Under the pieces are notes generated by a model, which was not told the origin of the DNA, searched no databases, and worked only from the letters and a program-made list of their open reading frames with translations. Both the position numbers and the translations under genes were made by a program. Positions 8,612-18,247 of a stretch of DNA of 64,000 nt are shown in pieces. Origin of the DNA: an uncultured Bacillota bacterium (lineage in GTDB: Bacteria > Sysuimicrobiota > Sysuimicrobiia > Sysuimicrobiales > Segetimicrobiaceae); NCBI GenBank assembly GCA_963787105.1, contig CAWBBU010000006.1, forward strand, positions 262,141 through 326,140. The letters are read 5' to 3'. Numbering within the stretch: the first letter of the stretch is position 1; each line of letters begins with the position of its first letter.

Positions 8612-8655
8612 CGTGCACATTCGTGCACATTGTTTCCGGAGTGAACACTTGTTCA
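8612..8655 (+). promoter_or_regulatory. Operator-like elements at the start of the SorC-regulated operon
   Basis: Perfect tandem 10-mer CGTGCACATT x2 (8612-8631; each contains the palindrome GTGCAC). Perfect inverted repeat TGAACA-CT-TGTTCA (8642-8655) abuts the ATG at 8655. Confidence 0.4.
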
Positions 8656-9971
8656 TGTCGATCCGTGGCGCGCTTGAGAAACGAGAGCTCGACGGGCGGC
8701 CGATCAGGGCCGCGGTCGTTGGTGCGGGCCAGATGGGTAGCGGTCTGGCCGATCAGTTGGCGCATCTTCCCGGGTTCCGACTCGCCGCCGTGTGCGACGT
8801 GGCCGTGGATCGGGCCGAAGCCGCCGCCTCCCGTGCGGAAGTTGCCGCCGAGGTCGTGACGTCAGAGGCGGACGCGCACCGTCTCTTGGCCGATGCCCGG
8901 ACCGTCGTTACTTCCAAGGCGGAGTGGCTCGTCGGCGCGCCCGGCGTCGACGTGGTCGTGGACGCCACGGGCATCCCGGATGCGACCGCGCGCCTCGCCC
9001 TGCTCGCCATCGGCCGAACGGTGCCGTTCGTGACGATGACCGTCGAGGCCGACGTGACCGTCGGTCCACTGCTCGGCTGGATGGCGCGCGATCGCGGCTC
9101 GGTGTACACCGTCGGGGCGGGCGATGAGCCCGTGGCGCTCTTTGAGATGGTGGAATTTGCGCGGGGCATCGGCTTGGATGTGGTGTGCGCCGGCAAGGGG
9201 AAGAACAACCGTCTCGATCGGAGCGCGACCCCGGACACGGTCGCCGCCGAGGCGGGTGCGCGCGGCATGAGCGCGAAGATGCTGGCCGCGTTCGTGGACG
9301 GGACCAAGACGATGGTCGAAATGGCCGCGCTGGCGAACGCGACGGGCCTGCGGCCGGACTGCCCCGGCATGCACGGTCCGCGCGCCGACCTGCACGAGCT
9401 GGTGCGCGTGTTCATTCCCGCGTCCGAGGGCGGGCTGTTGAGCCGAGCCGGCGCCGTCGACTACGCGATCGGTGACGTGGCCCCGGGCGTATTTCTGGTC
9501 GTGACGTCGCCCAGCGCGCCGATCAGACGCGATCTCGCATACTTGAGAATGGGTGACGGACCGTATTATCTGCTCGCCCGGCCCTATCATCTCGCCAGCC
9601 TCGAGGTGCCGCTGTCGGTCGCGCGGGCGGTCCTCGCGGGCGAAGCCACCATGCAGGCCGCGGCGGGGCCGGTCGCCGAATGTGTCGCGGTCGCGAAGCG
9701 CGACCTGCGGGCGGGTGAGGTCATCGACGGAATCGGAGGATCGATGGTGTACGGGGTGATTGACACGGCCGAAGAGACGGCCCGGGCGGGCGCGGTCCCG
9801 ATCGGGGTGGTCCAGGGGGCGCGGGTTCAGCGCGACGTGCCCCGAGGGACGTCGCTGACCGCCGCCGACGTGCTGCTCGACCAGTCGCTCACGATCGTGC
9901 ATCTGCGGCGCCAGCAGGACGCGCTGATCCGGCGCGGGACGTTGGCGATCGCCGGGAGCGCGGTCCCATGA
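8655..9971 (+). CDS. NAD(P)-binding oxidoreductase with C-terminal SAF domain (homoserine-dehydrogenase-like, COG4091 type)
   Basis: Internal ATG of the 614-aa ORF. MSIRGAL..IRAAVVGAGQMGSG Rossmann start. The upstream 176 aa of the ORF are Arg/Pro-rich out-of-context sequence. Confidence 0.8.
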   Translation: MSIRGALEKRELDGRPIRAAVVGAGQMGSGLADQLAHLPGFRLAAVCDVAVDRAEAAASRAEVAAEVVTSEADAHRLLADARTVVTSKAEWLVGAPGVDVVVDATGIPDATARLALLAIGRTVPFVTMTVEADVTVGPLLGWMARDRGSVYTVGAGDEPVALFEMVEFARGIGLDVVCAGKGKNNRLDRSATPDTVAAEAGARGMSAKMLAAFVDGTKTMVEMAALANATGLRPDCPGMHGPRADLHELVRVFIPASEGGLLSRAGAVDYAIGDVAPGVFLVVTSPSAPIRRDLAYLRMGDGPYYLLARPYHLASLEVPLSVARAVLAGEATMQAAAGPVAECVAVAKRDLRAGEVIDGIGGSMVYGVIDTAEETARAGAVPIGVVQGARVQRDVPRGTSLTAADVLLDQSLTIVHLRRQQDALIRRGTLAIAGSAVP

Positions 9972-10966
9972 CCGACGATCGCGTGCTGATGGCGAAAGTG
10001 GCAGATCTCTACTATCTCCGCACCCTCACGCAGCAGCAGATCGCCGTGCGTCTCGGATTATCCCGGCCGACGGTATCACGGCTGCTCACCCGCGCCCGCG
10101 CCACCGGGATCGTCCGGATCGAAGTCACGCAGCCCGAGGGGACCCATCAACGCCTCGAGCACGACATGGAGGAGGGGTTCGGGCTGCGCGAGGTGATCGT
10201 GATCCCCGGGCGGAGTGAATCGCCGATGGCGACGCGGCGCGCGCTCGGGCAGGCGGCCGCCGACTACCTCGACCGGGCGCTGAAGGGCGGCGAGCGTGTC
10301 GGCATCTCATGGGGCATGACGCTGAAGGCCGTGGTCGACAGCATGCGGCCGCGGCCGCTCGAGACCGTCGTGGTGCCCATGGTCGGCGGGCTCGGGCAAG
10401 CGGCCCCGGAGATCCATGCGAACGAGCTGGCGCGGCGGCTCGCCGAGCTCCACAGCGGGCGGGTCCACATGCTCCACGCGCCCGCGATCGTTGCGCGGCG
10501 CGCCATCCGGGATGCGCTGCTGTCGGACGAGCGCATTGGCCACGTCCTCGAGTTGGCGCGGCGCGTGGACGTCGCGTTGGTGGGCATCGGCGCCCTCATC
10601 CCGTCCTCGACGCTGATCGAGAGCGGGTACGTCTCCGTCGCGGAGATGACGGCGGTCAGACGCCAGGGGGCGGTCGGAGATATCTGCACGCGCGCGTTCT
10701 CGGCCGATGGCGTGCCGCTGACCGGTGATGTGGCCACGCGCATTCTCGCGGTCGAGTTGGAGGACCTGGAGCGCATTCCTCTCGTCATCGGGGTCGCGGG
10801 CGGGCTCGAGAAGGCCGACGCGATTCTCGGCGCGCTCGCCGGCGGTCTGGTGGATGTCCTTGTGACCGATTCCATCGCCGCCCGCGCCGTGCTGCGCCTC
10901 GCGCGGGCCAGCGGGCTTGTGGGTGGAGAGAGTGGGCGTCCGCTCGGGGAGGCAGATGCGCCATGA
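9968..10966 (+). CDS. SorC/DeoR-family sugar-binding transcriptional regulator
   Basis: 332 aa. N-terminal [28 protein letters not shown] followed by a sugar-binding domain. ATGA overlap with the upstream gene. Confidence 0.85.
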   Translation: MTDDRVLMAKVADLYYLRTLTQQQIAVRLGLSRPTVSRLLTRARATGIVRIEVTQPEGTHQRLEHDMEEGFGLREVIVIPGRSESPMATRRALGQAAADYLDRALKGGERVGISWGMTLKAVVDSMRPRPLETVVVPMVGGLGQAAPEIHANELARRLAELHSGRVHMLHAPAIVARRAIRDALLSDERIGHVLELARRVDVALVGIGALIPSSTLIESGYVSVAEMTAVRRQGAVGDICTRAFSADGVPLTGDVATRILAVELEDLERIPLVIGVAGGLEKADAILGALAGGLVDVLVTDSIAARAVLRLARASGLVGGESGRPLGEADAP

Positions 10967-11932
10967 CGACGGTGCTCCCGCCGACCGGACACGGCGTGTC
11001 CCGGCTCTGGACGATGCGATTGATCCGCGCGTTCGAGGAGAAGGCGGACGAACTGTTCGCGCTCGGGAAGGTGCACGGCACGATGCACCTGAGCATCGGA
11101 CAGGAAGCAGTCGCCGCGGGCGTATGCGGGGCGCTTGGGCCGGATGACTATATCTTGAGCACGCACCGCGGCCACGGCCACTGTCTGGCACGCGGCGCGG
11201 ATCCCGGCCGGATGATGGCCGAGTTCCTTGGCAAGGAGACGGGATACTGCCGCGGGCGGGGCGGCAGCATGCATATTGCCGATGTGGAGAGCGGCAACCT
11301 CGGCGCGAACGGCATCGTGGCAGGCGGTCTGCCGATTGCGACCGGCGTGGGACTCTCGATCACCATACGGAAGACCGCCCAGGTCTGCGCCACGTTCTTT
11401 GGGGACGGCGCCGCCAACGAGGGCGCGTTCCATGAATCGATGAACCTGGCGTCAATCTGGCGCCTGCCGATTGTGTTCGTCTGCGAGAATAACCAGTACG
11501 CCATGTCGATGCCGGTCACCGCGGCGATGCGCGTGGAGCGGATCAGTGCGCGCGCGGCCGCTTACAACATGCCGGGCGACACGGTGGACGGCATGGATGT
11601 CCTGGCGGTGGAGGAGGCCGCCGCGGCCGCGGTCCAACGGGCCCGTGCCGGCGAAGGGCCGACGTTGCTCGAGTGCGTGACGTATCGCTACAAGGGACAC
11701 AGCAAGAGCGACCGACAGCGCTACCGTACGCGGGACGATGTCGAGCTCTGGCAGGGGCGGGATCCGATCACGCGGTCGGAGGTGCGTCTGGTCGCCGAGG
11801 GCGCGCTGACTCGGGAGCGTGCGGCCGAGATGGCGGTCGAGGCGCGGGCGGCTGGTGGAGGACGCGCTGCGATTCGCCGAGGCGAGCCCCGAGCCCGATC
11901 TCGGCACCCTCTTGGAGGACGTCTACGCGTGA
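10963..11932 (+). pseudogene. TPP-dependent 2-oxoacid/acetoin dehydrogenase E1 alpha subunit, frame-disrupted near the 3' end as assembled
   Basis: GDGAANEG and ENNQYAMS motifs. The family-typical C-terminus [27 protein letters not shown]-stop (TGA 11930-11932) is in frame +1. The switch is at the GGG run 11846-11848. Confidence 0.85.
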
Positions 11933-12911
11933 CCCGGACGCTGACCTACGCGGAGGCGATTCGCGAGGGACTGCGCCAGGCCATGGATCTCGACCCGAGT
12001 GTGTTCCTGCTCGGGGAGGACATCGGCGTCTACGGCGGTGCGTTCGGGGTCACCGACGGCCTGCTGGCGGCGTACGGTCCCGAGCGCGTGCGCGACACGC
12101 CCATCTCGGAGGCCGGGCTCGCCGGATGCGCGATCGGGGCCGCGCTGACCGGACTGCGTCCCGTGCTCGAGATTCAGTTTATGGACTTCATCACGCTGTG
12201 CATGGAGCAGCTGGTGCTCCAAGGGGCCAAGGTCCGTTACATGTTCGGCGGAACGGCGCGGGTGCCGATGGTCCTCAGGACTCCCGCGGGGTCAGGCACG
12301 GGAGCGGCGGCGCAGCACTCCGAAAGCCTCGAGGCATGGTTCGCGCACGTGCCGGGATTGAAGGTCGTGGCTCCGTCGACGCCCGCGGACGCCAAGGGGC
12401 TCTTGTTGGCGAGCATCCGTGACGATAACCCGGTGATCTTCGTTGAGCACAAGCTGCTGTACCGGACCAAGGGCGAGGTGCCCGAGCACTCGTACATCGT
12501 GCCGCTCGGTGCGGCGGACGTGAAGCGAGGCGGAACGGACGTGACGGTCGTGGCCACATCCGTGATGGTCGCACGCGCGCTCGAGGCCGCCGAGCAGGCG
12601 GCGGCGGACGGTCTCAGCGTCGAGATCGTCGACCTGCGGTCGATCCGCCCGCTCGACATCGACACGGTGCTGGCGTCGGTTCGGAAGACGGGACGCGTGG
12701 TGATCGTGCATGAGGCCGTGCGGACCCTCGGGATCGGGGCAGAGGTCGCGGCGCAGATCGCCGAGAGCGACGTCCTCTATCATCTCCATGCGCCGATCAT
12801 CCGGTTGGGCGGTCAGGAATGTCCCATCCCGTACAATCGCGCGCTCGAGCGGGCGGCTGTGCCGCAGGTCGAGGACATCCTGGCGGCCGTGCGGCAGGTC
12901 CTTCGGCGTGA
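11929..12911 (+). CDS. 2-oxoacid/acetoin dehydrogenase E1 beta subunit (no in-frame stop as assembled)
   Basis: GTG at 11929 overlaps the alpha-subunit TGA (GTGA). [25 protein letters not shown] start. The expected stop TGA 12909-12911 (TGATG with the E2 start) is in frame +2. The as-read frame runs on to 13476. Confidence 0.85.
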
Positions 12912-14033
12912 TGGCCACGCCGGTGATTTTGCCGAAGTTCAGCATGACGATGGAGGAGGGGACGATCGTCCGCTGGCTGAAGCGGCTCGGCGATCCCGTG
13001 CGGCAGGGCGAGCCGATCGCGGAGGTCACGACCGAGAAAGTCAACATGGAGATCGACGCCCCGGCGTCGGGCGTGCTGCTCGACATCCGCGCCAACGCCG
13101 GCGACGCGATCCCGGTGACGCAGATCATCGCCTACATCGGCGCGCCCGGGGAAGTTATTCCCCTTCCCGTGAGCGGGTCCGGTCCTGCGGATTGTCCCCG
13201 CGGCCGGCGCGGTGGCCGCGACGCCGGTCGCTCGGCGCCTCGCCCGTGAGGCAGGTCTCGACCTCGCGGTGGTGCGCGGTACCGGTCCGGCTGGACGGAT
13301 CACCGAGACGGACGTGCGCGCCGCGATTGGCGCTGCCGCCGTGCGCGATCCCGCGGACGTCGCCCCGGGCGTCGCAGGGTCCGACCGATCGCCGCGTCCT
13401 CGTTCGGCGGGTCGCCGGCGTGCGATCGCGCAGCGGATGGCGCAGAGCGCCCGCGAGATTCCGCATATCTACCTGACCCGCGAGATCGACATGTCGGCGG
13501 CCGGCGCCGCCCGCGGGGCCGCATCATACACCGCGGTGATCGTCTGGGCCGTGAGCCGTGCCCTCAGGGTGCACCCGGAGCTTCGGGCGTCCCTTGACGG
13601 TGAGCGCGTGGTGGTCCATGAGCCCATTCACGTCGGCGTCGCCGTGGATGCTCCGACTGGTGTCATCGTGCCCGTCGTGCGCGATGCGGATCGCAAGGAT
13701 CTGCTCACGATCAACGGCGAGCTCGATGTCCTCGTCCGGCGTGCCCGCGACGACACGCTGAGACTCGACGATGTTGCCGGGGCGATCTTCACCGTCAGCA
13801 ACTTGGGCATGTGGGGGGTGGATGAGTTTACCGCGTTGATCAATCCACCCCAGGCGGCGATTCTGGCGGTGGGGGCGATCCGGCCGCGTCCATGGGTGGT
13901 CGGCGGCGATGCGTTGACGGTCCGTCCCATCTGCCGCGTCACGCTTGCCTTGGACCATCGGATCTCCGACGGCGCCGCGGGGGCGCGATTCCTGGATGAG
14001 TTGAGCCGCCGCCTGACCGCGACCATCGCCTAA
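12911..14033 (+). pseudogene. Dihydrolipoamide acyltransferase E2 (lipoyl domain + PSBD + catalytic domain), frame-disrupted in the linker as assembled
   Basis: The lipoyl domain [25 protein letters not shown] is in one frame. [16 protein letters not shown] (PSBD) and DHRISDG (catalytic) are in the next frame. The switch is at the CCCC run 13196-13199. Confidence 0.85.
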
Positions 14034-14047
14034 GGAGGGAGGATGCC

Positions 14048-15283
14048 GTGTCGAATGTTCGCGATCGCTACGAAGTGGCGCTCCACTGCGCCTATTGTCG
14101 CCGCAGCACGCCGCACTCGGTCGTGGCGGGCAGCGGCAGTGTGTCCCGGGTGCTGTGCATCGTCTGCGGGCGCGCGACCGCCGTGGATACCCTCCAGTTT
14201 ATGGAACAGTATGTCGACAGCGTCATGCGCCGCCTGCTGGCGAAGCCGTTCGAGGTCACGACGGAGTTCAGGCGGCAGCCCCGCGAATTCATTACCCGCC
14301 TGCCGGGGCGCGTGCTGACGAAGACGTTTCGGGTCGCGGCCGAGCTCCGCACGACCGTCGACATCGTGCGTCCGAGGCGCCGCCGCGCGCGCGCGCCGAT
14401 GATGCCGACGCTGCCGGTGCGCCCCGGCGTGCTGCCGGCGGTCGTGCGCCGCAGCCGCGTGCTGCTCAGCGCGCCGCTGATGTGGGTGCACCCGCCCGAG
14501 GAGATCCTGACCGAGGCGCACGAGCTGGGCTATGACGGCGTCGAGTTGTGGGATTATCACTTGACCGAAATGGCAAGCGACCCGGCCGCGGTCGCCGCGA
14601 GGGCGCGCGCGCTCGGGATGACCCTGACCCTGCACGCGATGAGCTGGGACCTCAACACGACGTCGCGCCTCGACGCGGTGCGCGCGGCGTCGATGGACGC
14701 GCTGCATCAGTCGATCGCCCTGGCCGCCCGGCTCGGGGCCGGGCTGGTGGTCATGCATCCGGGGCACGCGACGATGCCGTACGACGACGCAGAGCGCTAC
14801 TGGCCCGGGTTGGTCGCCGCGATCCGGGAGTTGGCCTCCCACGCCGCCGAGCACGGCGTGGGCCTCGGCGTCGAGCACATGGAGCCGCGCCAGGGTGAAT
14901 ACGTGGTGACCGCCGATGATGCGAACCGTCTCGTCCATGAGGTCGATCGGGAGAACGTCGGGATCACCCTGGATGTCGCGCATATTCCGTGGGGAACGGA
15001 CGAAGTCGCATTCATCGGCGCGCTCGAGCGGATCGTGCACGTGCATCTGAGCGACGCGGATGAAGCCCGGCTTCACCTCCCGCTTGGCGAGGGGTCCCGC
15101 AACCTGGTCCGCGTGCTGGCGGCGCTTCGGGAGTACGACGGCGGCATCGCGTTCGAGGGCCACTCGATGGGGCCGGGCATGGAGCTGGCGCGCTGGAACA
15201 AGGCGCAGTTTGAAGAGCTGTGGCGGGCGGCAACGGAGGACGTGCCCGCGTCCTCGCTGCCCCACACATCCGGTGGGACGTGA
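14048..15283 (+). CDS. Zn-ribbon N-terminal domain fused to a xylose-isomerase-like TIM-barrel (sugar phosphate isomerase/epimerase family)
   Basis: GTG sits 5 nt after AAGGAGGGAGG. N-terminus has CAYCRR..CIVCGR. From about residue 135 it reads ELGYDGVELW..VMHPG..GVEHME..HVHLSD. Confidence 0.75.
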   Translation: MSNVRDRYEVALHCAYCRRSTPHSVVAGSGSVSRVLCIVCGRATAVDTLQFMEQYVDSVMRRLLAKPFEVTTEFRRQPREFITRLPGRVLTKTFRVAAELRTTVDIVRPRRRRARAPMMPTLPVRPGVLPAVVRRSRVLLSAPLMWVHPPEEILTEAHELGYDGVELWDYHLTEMASDPAAVAARARALGMTLTLHAMSWDLNTTSRLDAVRAASMDALHQSIALAARLGAGLVVMHPGHATMPYDDAERYWPGLVAAIRELASHAAEHGVGLGVEHMEPRQGEYVVTADDANRLVHEVDRENVGITLDVAHIPWGTDEVAFIGALERIVHVHLSDADEARLHLPLGEGSRNLVRVLAALREYDGGIAFEGHSMGPGMELARWNKAQFEELWRAATEDVPASSLPHTSGGT

Positions 15284-15431
15284 ATTGGGACCGGGGCCGC
15301 ACGTCCGGTGATCGCGCCGCGTCGCGCAGTCTTCACGCGGTGCGACGTGGTGCGGACAGGAGCGTGAGACGCCGAACAGGAACGAGTACGTTGACGCGGG
15401 AGACGACCGCGGCGCGCACGGGGAGGGGACT

Positions 15432-16487
15432 GTGACGAACCGGAGGCACTGGAGGCAGTACGTGCTGGTCGCGGCGCTCGCGACGGCGTTGCTTGGGTTC
15501 GGTTTGAATGGCGGCGCGACATGGGTGGGGATGGGATGGAACGGCGCGGCGCTGGCCGCGGACGCCCCGTCCGGAACCATCAATTTGTACACGTCGGAGT
15601 CAGAGGACGACATCAACCTGCTTGTCGGCGACTTCATGAAGCGGACGCCCGGGGTCACGGTGCGGGTCTTCCGGGCCGGCACCGGACCGGTCGAGGCCAA
15701 GGTGGAGGCCGAGCAGCAGGCGGGAAAGATCCAGGCCGATCTGCTGTACTTTGCCGACATCGGCTTCCTGCACGATCTGTCCACGAAGGGGCTGTTGGCC
15801 TCATATCTGCCGCCGGCGTCGAGAGGCGTCCCACGTCAGTTTCACTATGACGGCAACCAGGAGCACGAGGTACGCCTGATCTTCAACGTGCTCGGGTACA
15901 ACACGATGGCGGTCCATTTCAAGCCGACCACGTGGTGGGACCTCGCGGCCCCGCGGTACCGCGGCAAGGCCGGGATGCCGAACCCGTTTATCTCGGGCGC
16001 CGCCTTCGCGAACGTCGGGACGTTCGCCAGCATGAAGGGCTTCGGGTGGGATTACTACCGGGCCCTGAAAAAGAACGACGTACAGATCCTCAACGCGAAC
16101 GGCGATGTGATCCAGAAGCTCTCGACGAGTGAGATCGCCGTGGGGTCGATCGTCGACTTTTTCGTCCGGTTCGCGAAGTCGCAGGGGTCGCCGGTCGACT
16201 ACGTCGTCCCGTCCGAGGGTGCGGTGCTCATTCCGACGCCGATCGCGATCGTCAAGGCGACGTCGAATCTGCCGGCGGCCGAGGCGTTCGTGAATTATCT
16301 CTATACGCCCGAGGCGCAGGCCCTGTTCGTGCAGCGCTCCTACATCCCGGTGCTTCCCGGGGTGCCGCTGCCCGCGGGGGCGCCGCCCCTGTCGTCGATC
16401 AAGATCATTCAGCCGAATCTGACCTACATTAATAGTCACCGGGACGAAATCAAGAAGACGTTCACCGACATCTTCGGCGTGCAGTAG
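15432..16487 (+). CDS. ABC transporter substrate-binding protein, Fe3+/AfuA/FbpA-like family
   Basis: 351 aa. GTG after GGGGAGGGG. N-terminal RR-containing signal-like segment. INLYTSESEDD..VFRAGTG family pattern. Confidence 0.8.
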   Translation: MTNRRHWRQYVLVAALATALLGFGLNGGATWVGMGWNGAALAADAPSGTINLYTSESEDDINLLVGDFMKRTPGVTVRVFRAGTGPVEAKVEAEQQAGKIQADLLYFADIGFLHDLSTKGLLASYLPPASRGVPRQFHYDGNQEHEVRLIFNVLGYNTMAVHFKPTTWWDLAAPRYRGKAGMPNPFISGAAFANVGTFASMKGFGWDYYRALKKNDVQILNANGDVIQKLSTSEIAVGSIVDFFVRFAKSQGSPVDYVVPSEGAVLIPTPIAIVKATSNLPAAEAFVNYLYTPEAQALFVQRSYIPVLPGVPLPAGAPPLSSIKIIQPNLTYINSHRDEIKKTFTDIFGVQ

Positions 16488-16516
16488 CCGGCACGGAGGC
16501 GTTCGAGGGCGATCGC

Positions 16517-18247
16517 GTGACGCTCGCGGGCGGGGCGGGACGGCGCCCCGAACTTCCCATCGCCCTGCGGATGACGTTCCTGGCCGCCGCCGCGGCGGCG
16601 GCCGTGGTGCTGGCCGCGGTCCTGGTCTACCCGTCGCTGGTGCTGGTCGTGAGTTCGTTCATGGCTGGCGGACGCCTGTCGCTCGCGCTCTACGCGCAGG
16701 TCGCCACCGATCCCCAGGTGTACACCGTCCTCCTCCATAGCCTGGTCGTGTCGACCGCCGCGACGGCCGGCGGCGTTGTCGTGGGGGTCGCGCTTGCCTG
16801 GATTGTCAGCCGGACCGACGTGCCCGGCCGCGCCGCGTGGCGGACCGCGCTCCTGCTCCCCTACATGGTCCCGCCGTTCATCGGGGCGATCGCGTGGGTC
16901 TACCTGTTGAGCCCGGTCGGCTACCTCAATCAAATCTGGATGGCGCTGACCGGATCGGCGAATCCGCTCGTGGTCGTGTACGGGCCGGCGGGCATCATCG
17001 GCGTGATGATGCTCTACGGGTATCCGATCGTGTTCTTGGCGTCGCTCGGCGTGCTCGAGCGGATGAATCCCGTGCTCGAGGAGGCGGGGCGGATGTCGCG
17101 GGCCGGCCCCTGGGGGGTCTTTTGGGAGATCACGGTCCCCCTGATGCTCCCGGGTCTGCTCGCCGGCGCCCTCCTGCTGCTGATGTCGCTGCTCGGGGAT
17201 TTCGGGATCCCGGCGGTGATCGGGTTCCCGGCGCGGTATTATGTCCTGACGACCCGCATCTACGAGACGATTCTGAACTTCGACCAGCGCGACAACCTCA
17301 ATCTTGCCGCGGCCCTCTCGATGTGGCTCGTCGTGATCGCCGCGGTCCTGCTGGGACTCCAGCGGTGGCTGCAACGGCGCGACCGGTTTGCGGTCATCGG
17401 CGGGCAGGCCGGCGGCGCCTCGCTGGTGACGCTCGGGCGCTGGCGGTACCCGGTCGCCTGCGGCCTTGGCGCGTTCGTGACCGTGACCGTCGTGCTGCCG
17501 CTCGCGGCGATCCTGGTCACCTCGCTCATCCGGGCCTACGGCCTGCCGCCGGGGCCGGGGAATCTGACGCTGGCCCACTACGCCGAGGTGGTCACCGGCG
17601 TGCCGAAGGTGCCGCGGGCGCTGCTGAACAGCCTCGAACTCGCCGCCGGGTCGGCGACCGTGATCCTCGTGGTGTCGGTCGGGTTGGGGTACCTCTTGAC
17701 GCGGGTCCGGCTGCGGGCGAGCGCCGTGCTCGATCTCGTGATCACCATCCCGTACGCGATCCCGGGGACGGTGGTGGCTCTCGGCATGATCCTGGCGTGG
17801 CTGCGGCCGGTCCCGCTGATCGGGCTGCGTCTGTACGATACGTTCTGGATCATCTTCTTGGCCTACCTCGCCCGGTTTCTGGCGATCGGCGTCCGGACCG
17901 TGCTCGCGGGGCTGGCGCAGGTGCAGGGGACCCTCGAAGAGGCCGCGCGGATCAGCGGCGCCGGACCGCTTCGCGCGTTTCTTGAGATCGTCGTGCCGAT
18001 CATCCGGCCGAGCCTGACCGCCGGGTGGGTGCTGGCATTTATCCCCGCGGTCGCGGAGCTCACCCTCTCGATCCTGCTGTTCTCGCTCGGCAACGAGACA
18101 CTCGGGGTGGTGATCTTCGGCCTCAACGACGAGGGGAAGGTGACGCTGACCGCGGCGCTGGCGTTTCTGGTGACGATGCTGCTGCTGGGGCTCAACCTGA
18201 TGTCCCGGGCGGTGCTGCGCCGGGCCGAAGGGGTGCCGCGTGGCTGA
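16517..18247 (+). CDS. ABC transporter permease, duplicated (two-module) FbpB/AfuB-like
   Basis: 576 aa, highly hydrophobic, with two permease modules. Sits between the binding protein and the ATPase. Confidence 0.85.
   Translation: MTLAGGAGRRPELPIALRMTFLAAAAAAAVVLAAVLVYPSLVLVVSSFMAGGRLSLALYAQVATDPQVYTVLLHSLVVSTAATAGGVVVGVALAWIVSRTDVPGRAAWRTALLLPYMVPPFIGAIAWVYLLSPVGYLNQIWMALTGSANPLVVVYGPAGIIGVMMLYGYPIVFLASLGVLERMNPVLEEAGRMSRAGPWGVFWEITVPLMLPGLLAGALLLLMSLLGDFGIPAVIGFPARYYVLTTRIYETILNFDQRDNLNLAAALSMWLVVIAAVLLGLQRWLQRRDRFAVIGGQAGGASLVTLGRWRYPVACGLGAFVTVTVVLPLAAILVTSLIRAYGLPPGPGNLTLAHYAEVVTGVPKVPRALLNSLELAAGSATVILVVSVGLGYLLTRVRLRASAVLDLVITIPYAIPGTVVALGMILAWLRPVPLIGLRLYDTFWIIFLAYLARFLAIGVRTVLAGLAQVQGTLEEAARISGAGPLRAFLEIVVPIIRPSLTAGWVLAFIPAVAELTLSILLFSLGNETLGVVIFGLNDEGKVTLTAALAFLVTMLLLGLNLMSRAVLRRAEGVPRG

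Noticed and set aside
8127-8654. The 176-aa N-terminal extension of the 614-aa ORF, upstream of the oxidoreductase start.
   Set aside because: The sequence is Arg/Pro/Ala-rich and lies in the ftsH divergent intergenic region. The Rossmann fold begins right after the internal ATG at 8655, where the operator-like palindrome sits.
10963-13476. An 837-aa ORF that would be a natural E1alpha-E1beta-E2 fusion protein.
   Set aside because: The junction segments are Arg/Gly-rich nonsense. The proper family C-termini, stops and coupled starts (GTGA, TGATG) are present one frame away. The ORF is also out of frame with the real E2 throughout. It is a read-through artefact of indels in stop-poor GC-rich DNA.
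15284-15431. Possible TPP riboswitch upstream of the ThiB/FbpA-like binding protein (GGTGCGG..GTGAGA..GAAC..GCGGGAGA resembles pieces of the THI box).
   Set aside because: The pyrophosphate-sensing helix consensus (ACCTGATCTGGATAATGCCAGCG-like) is absent, and CTGAGA is not matched exactly. The resemblance is too patchy without a covariance-model score.
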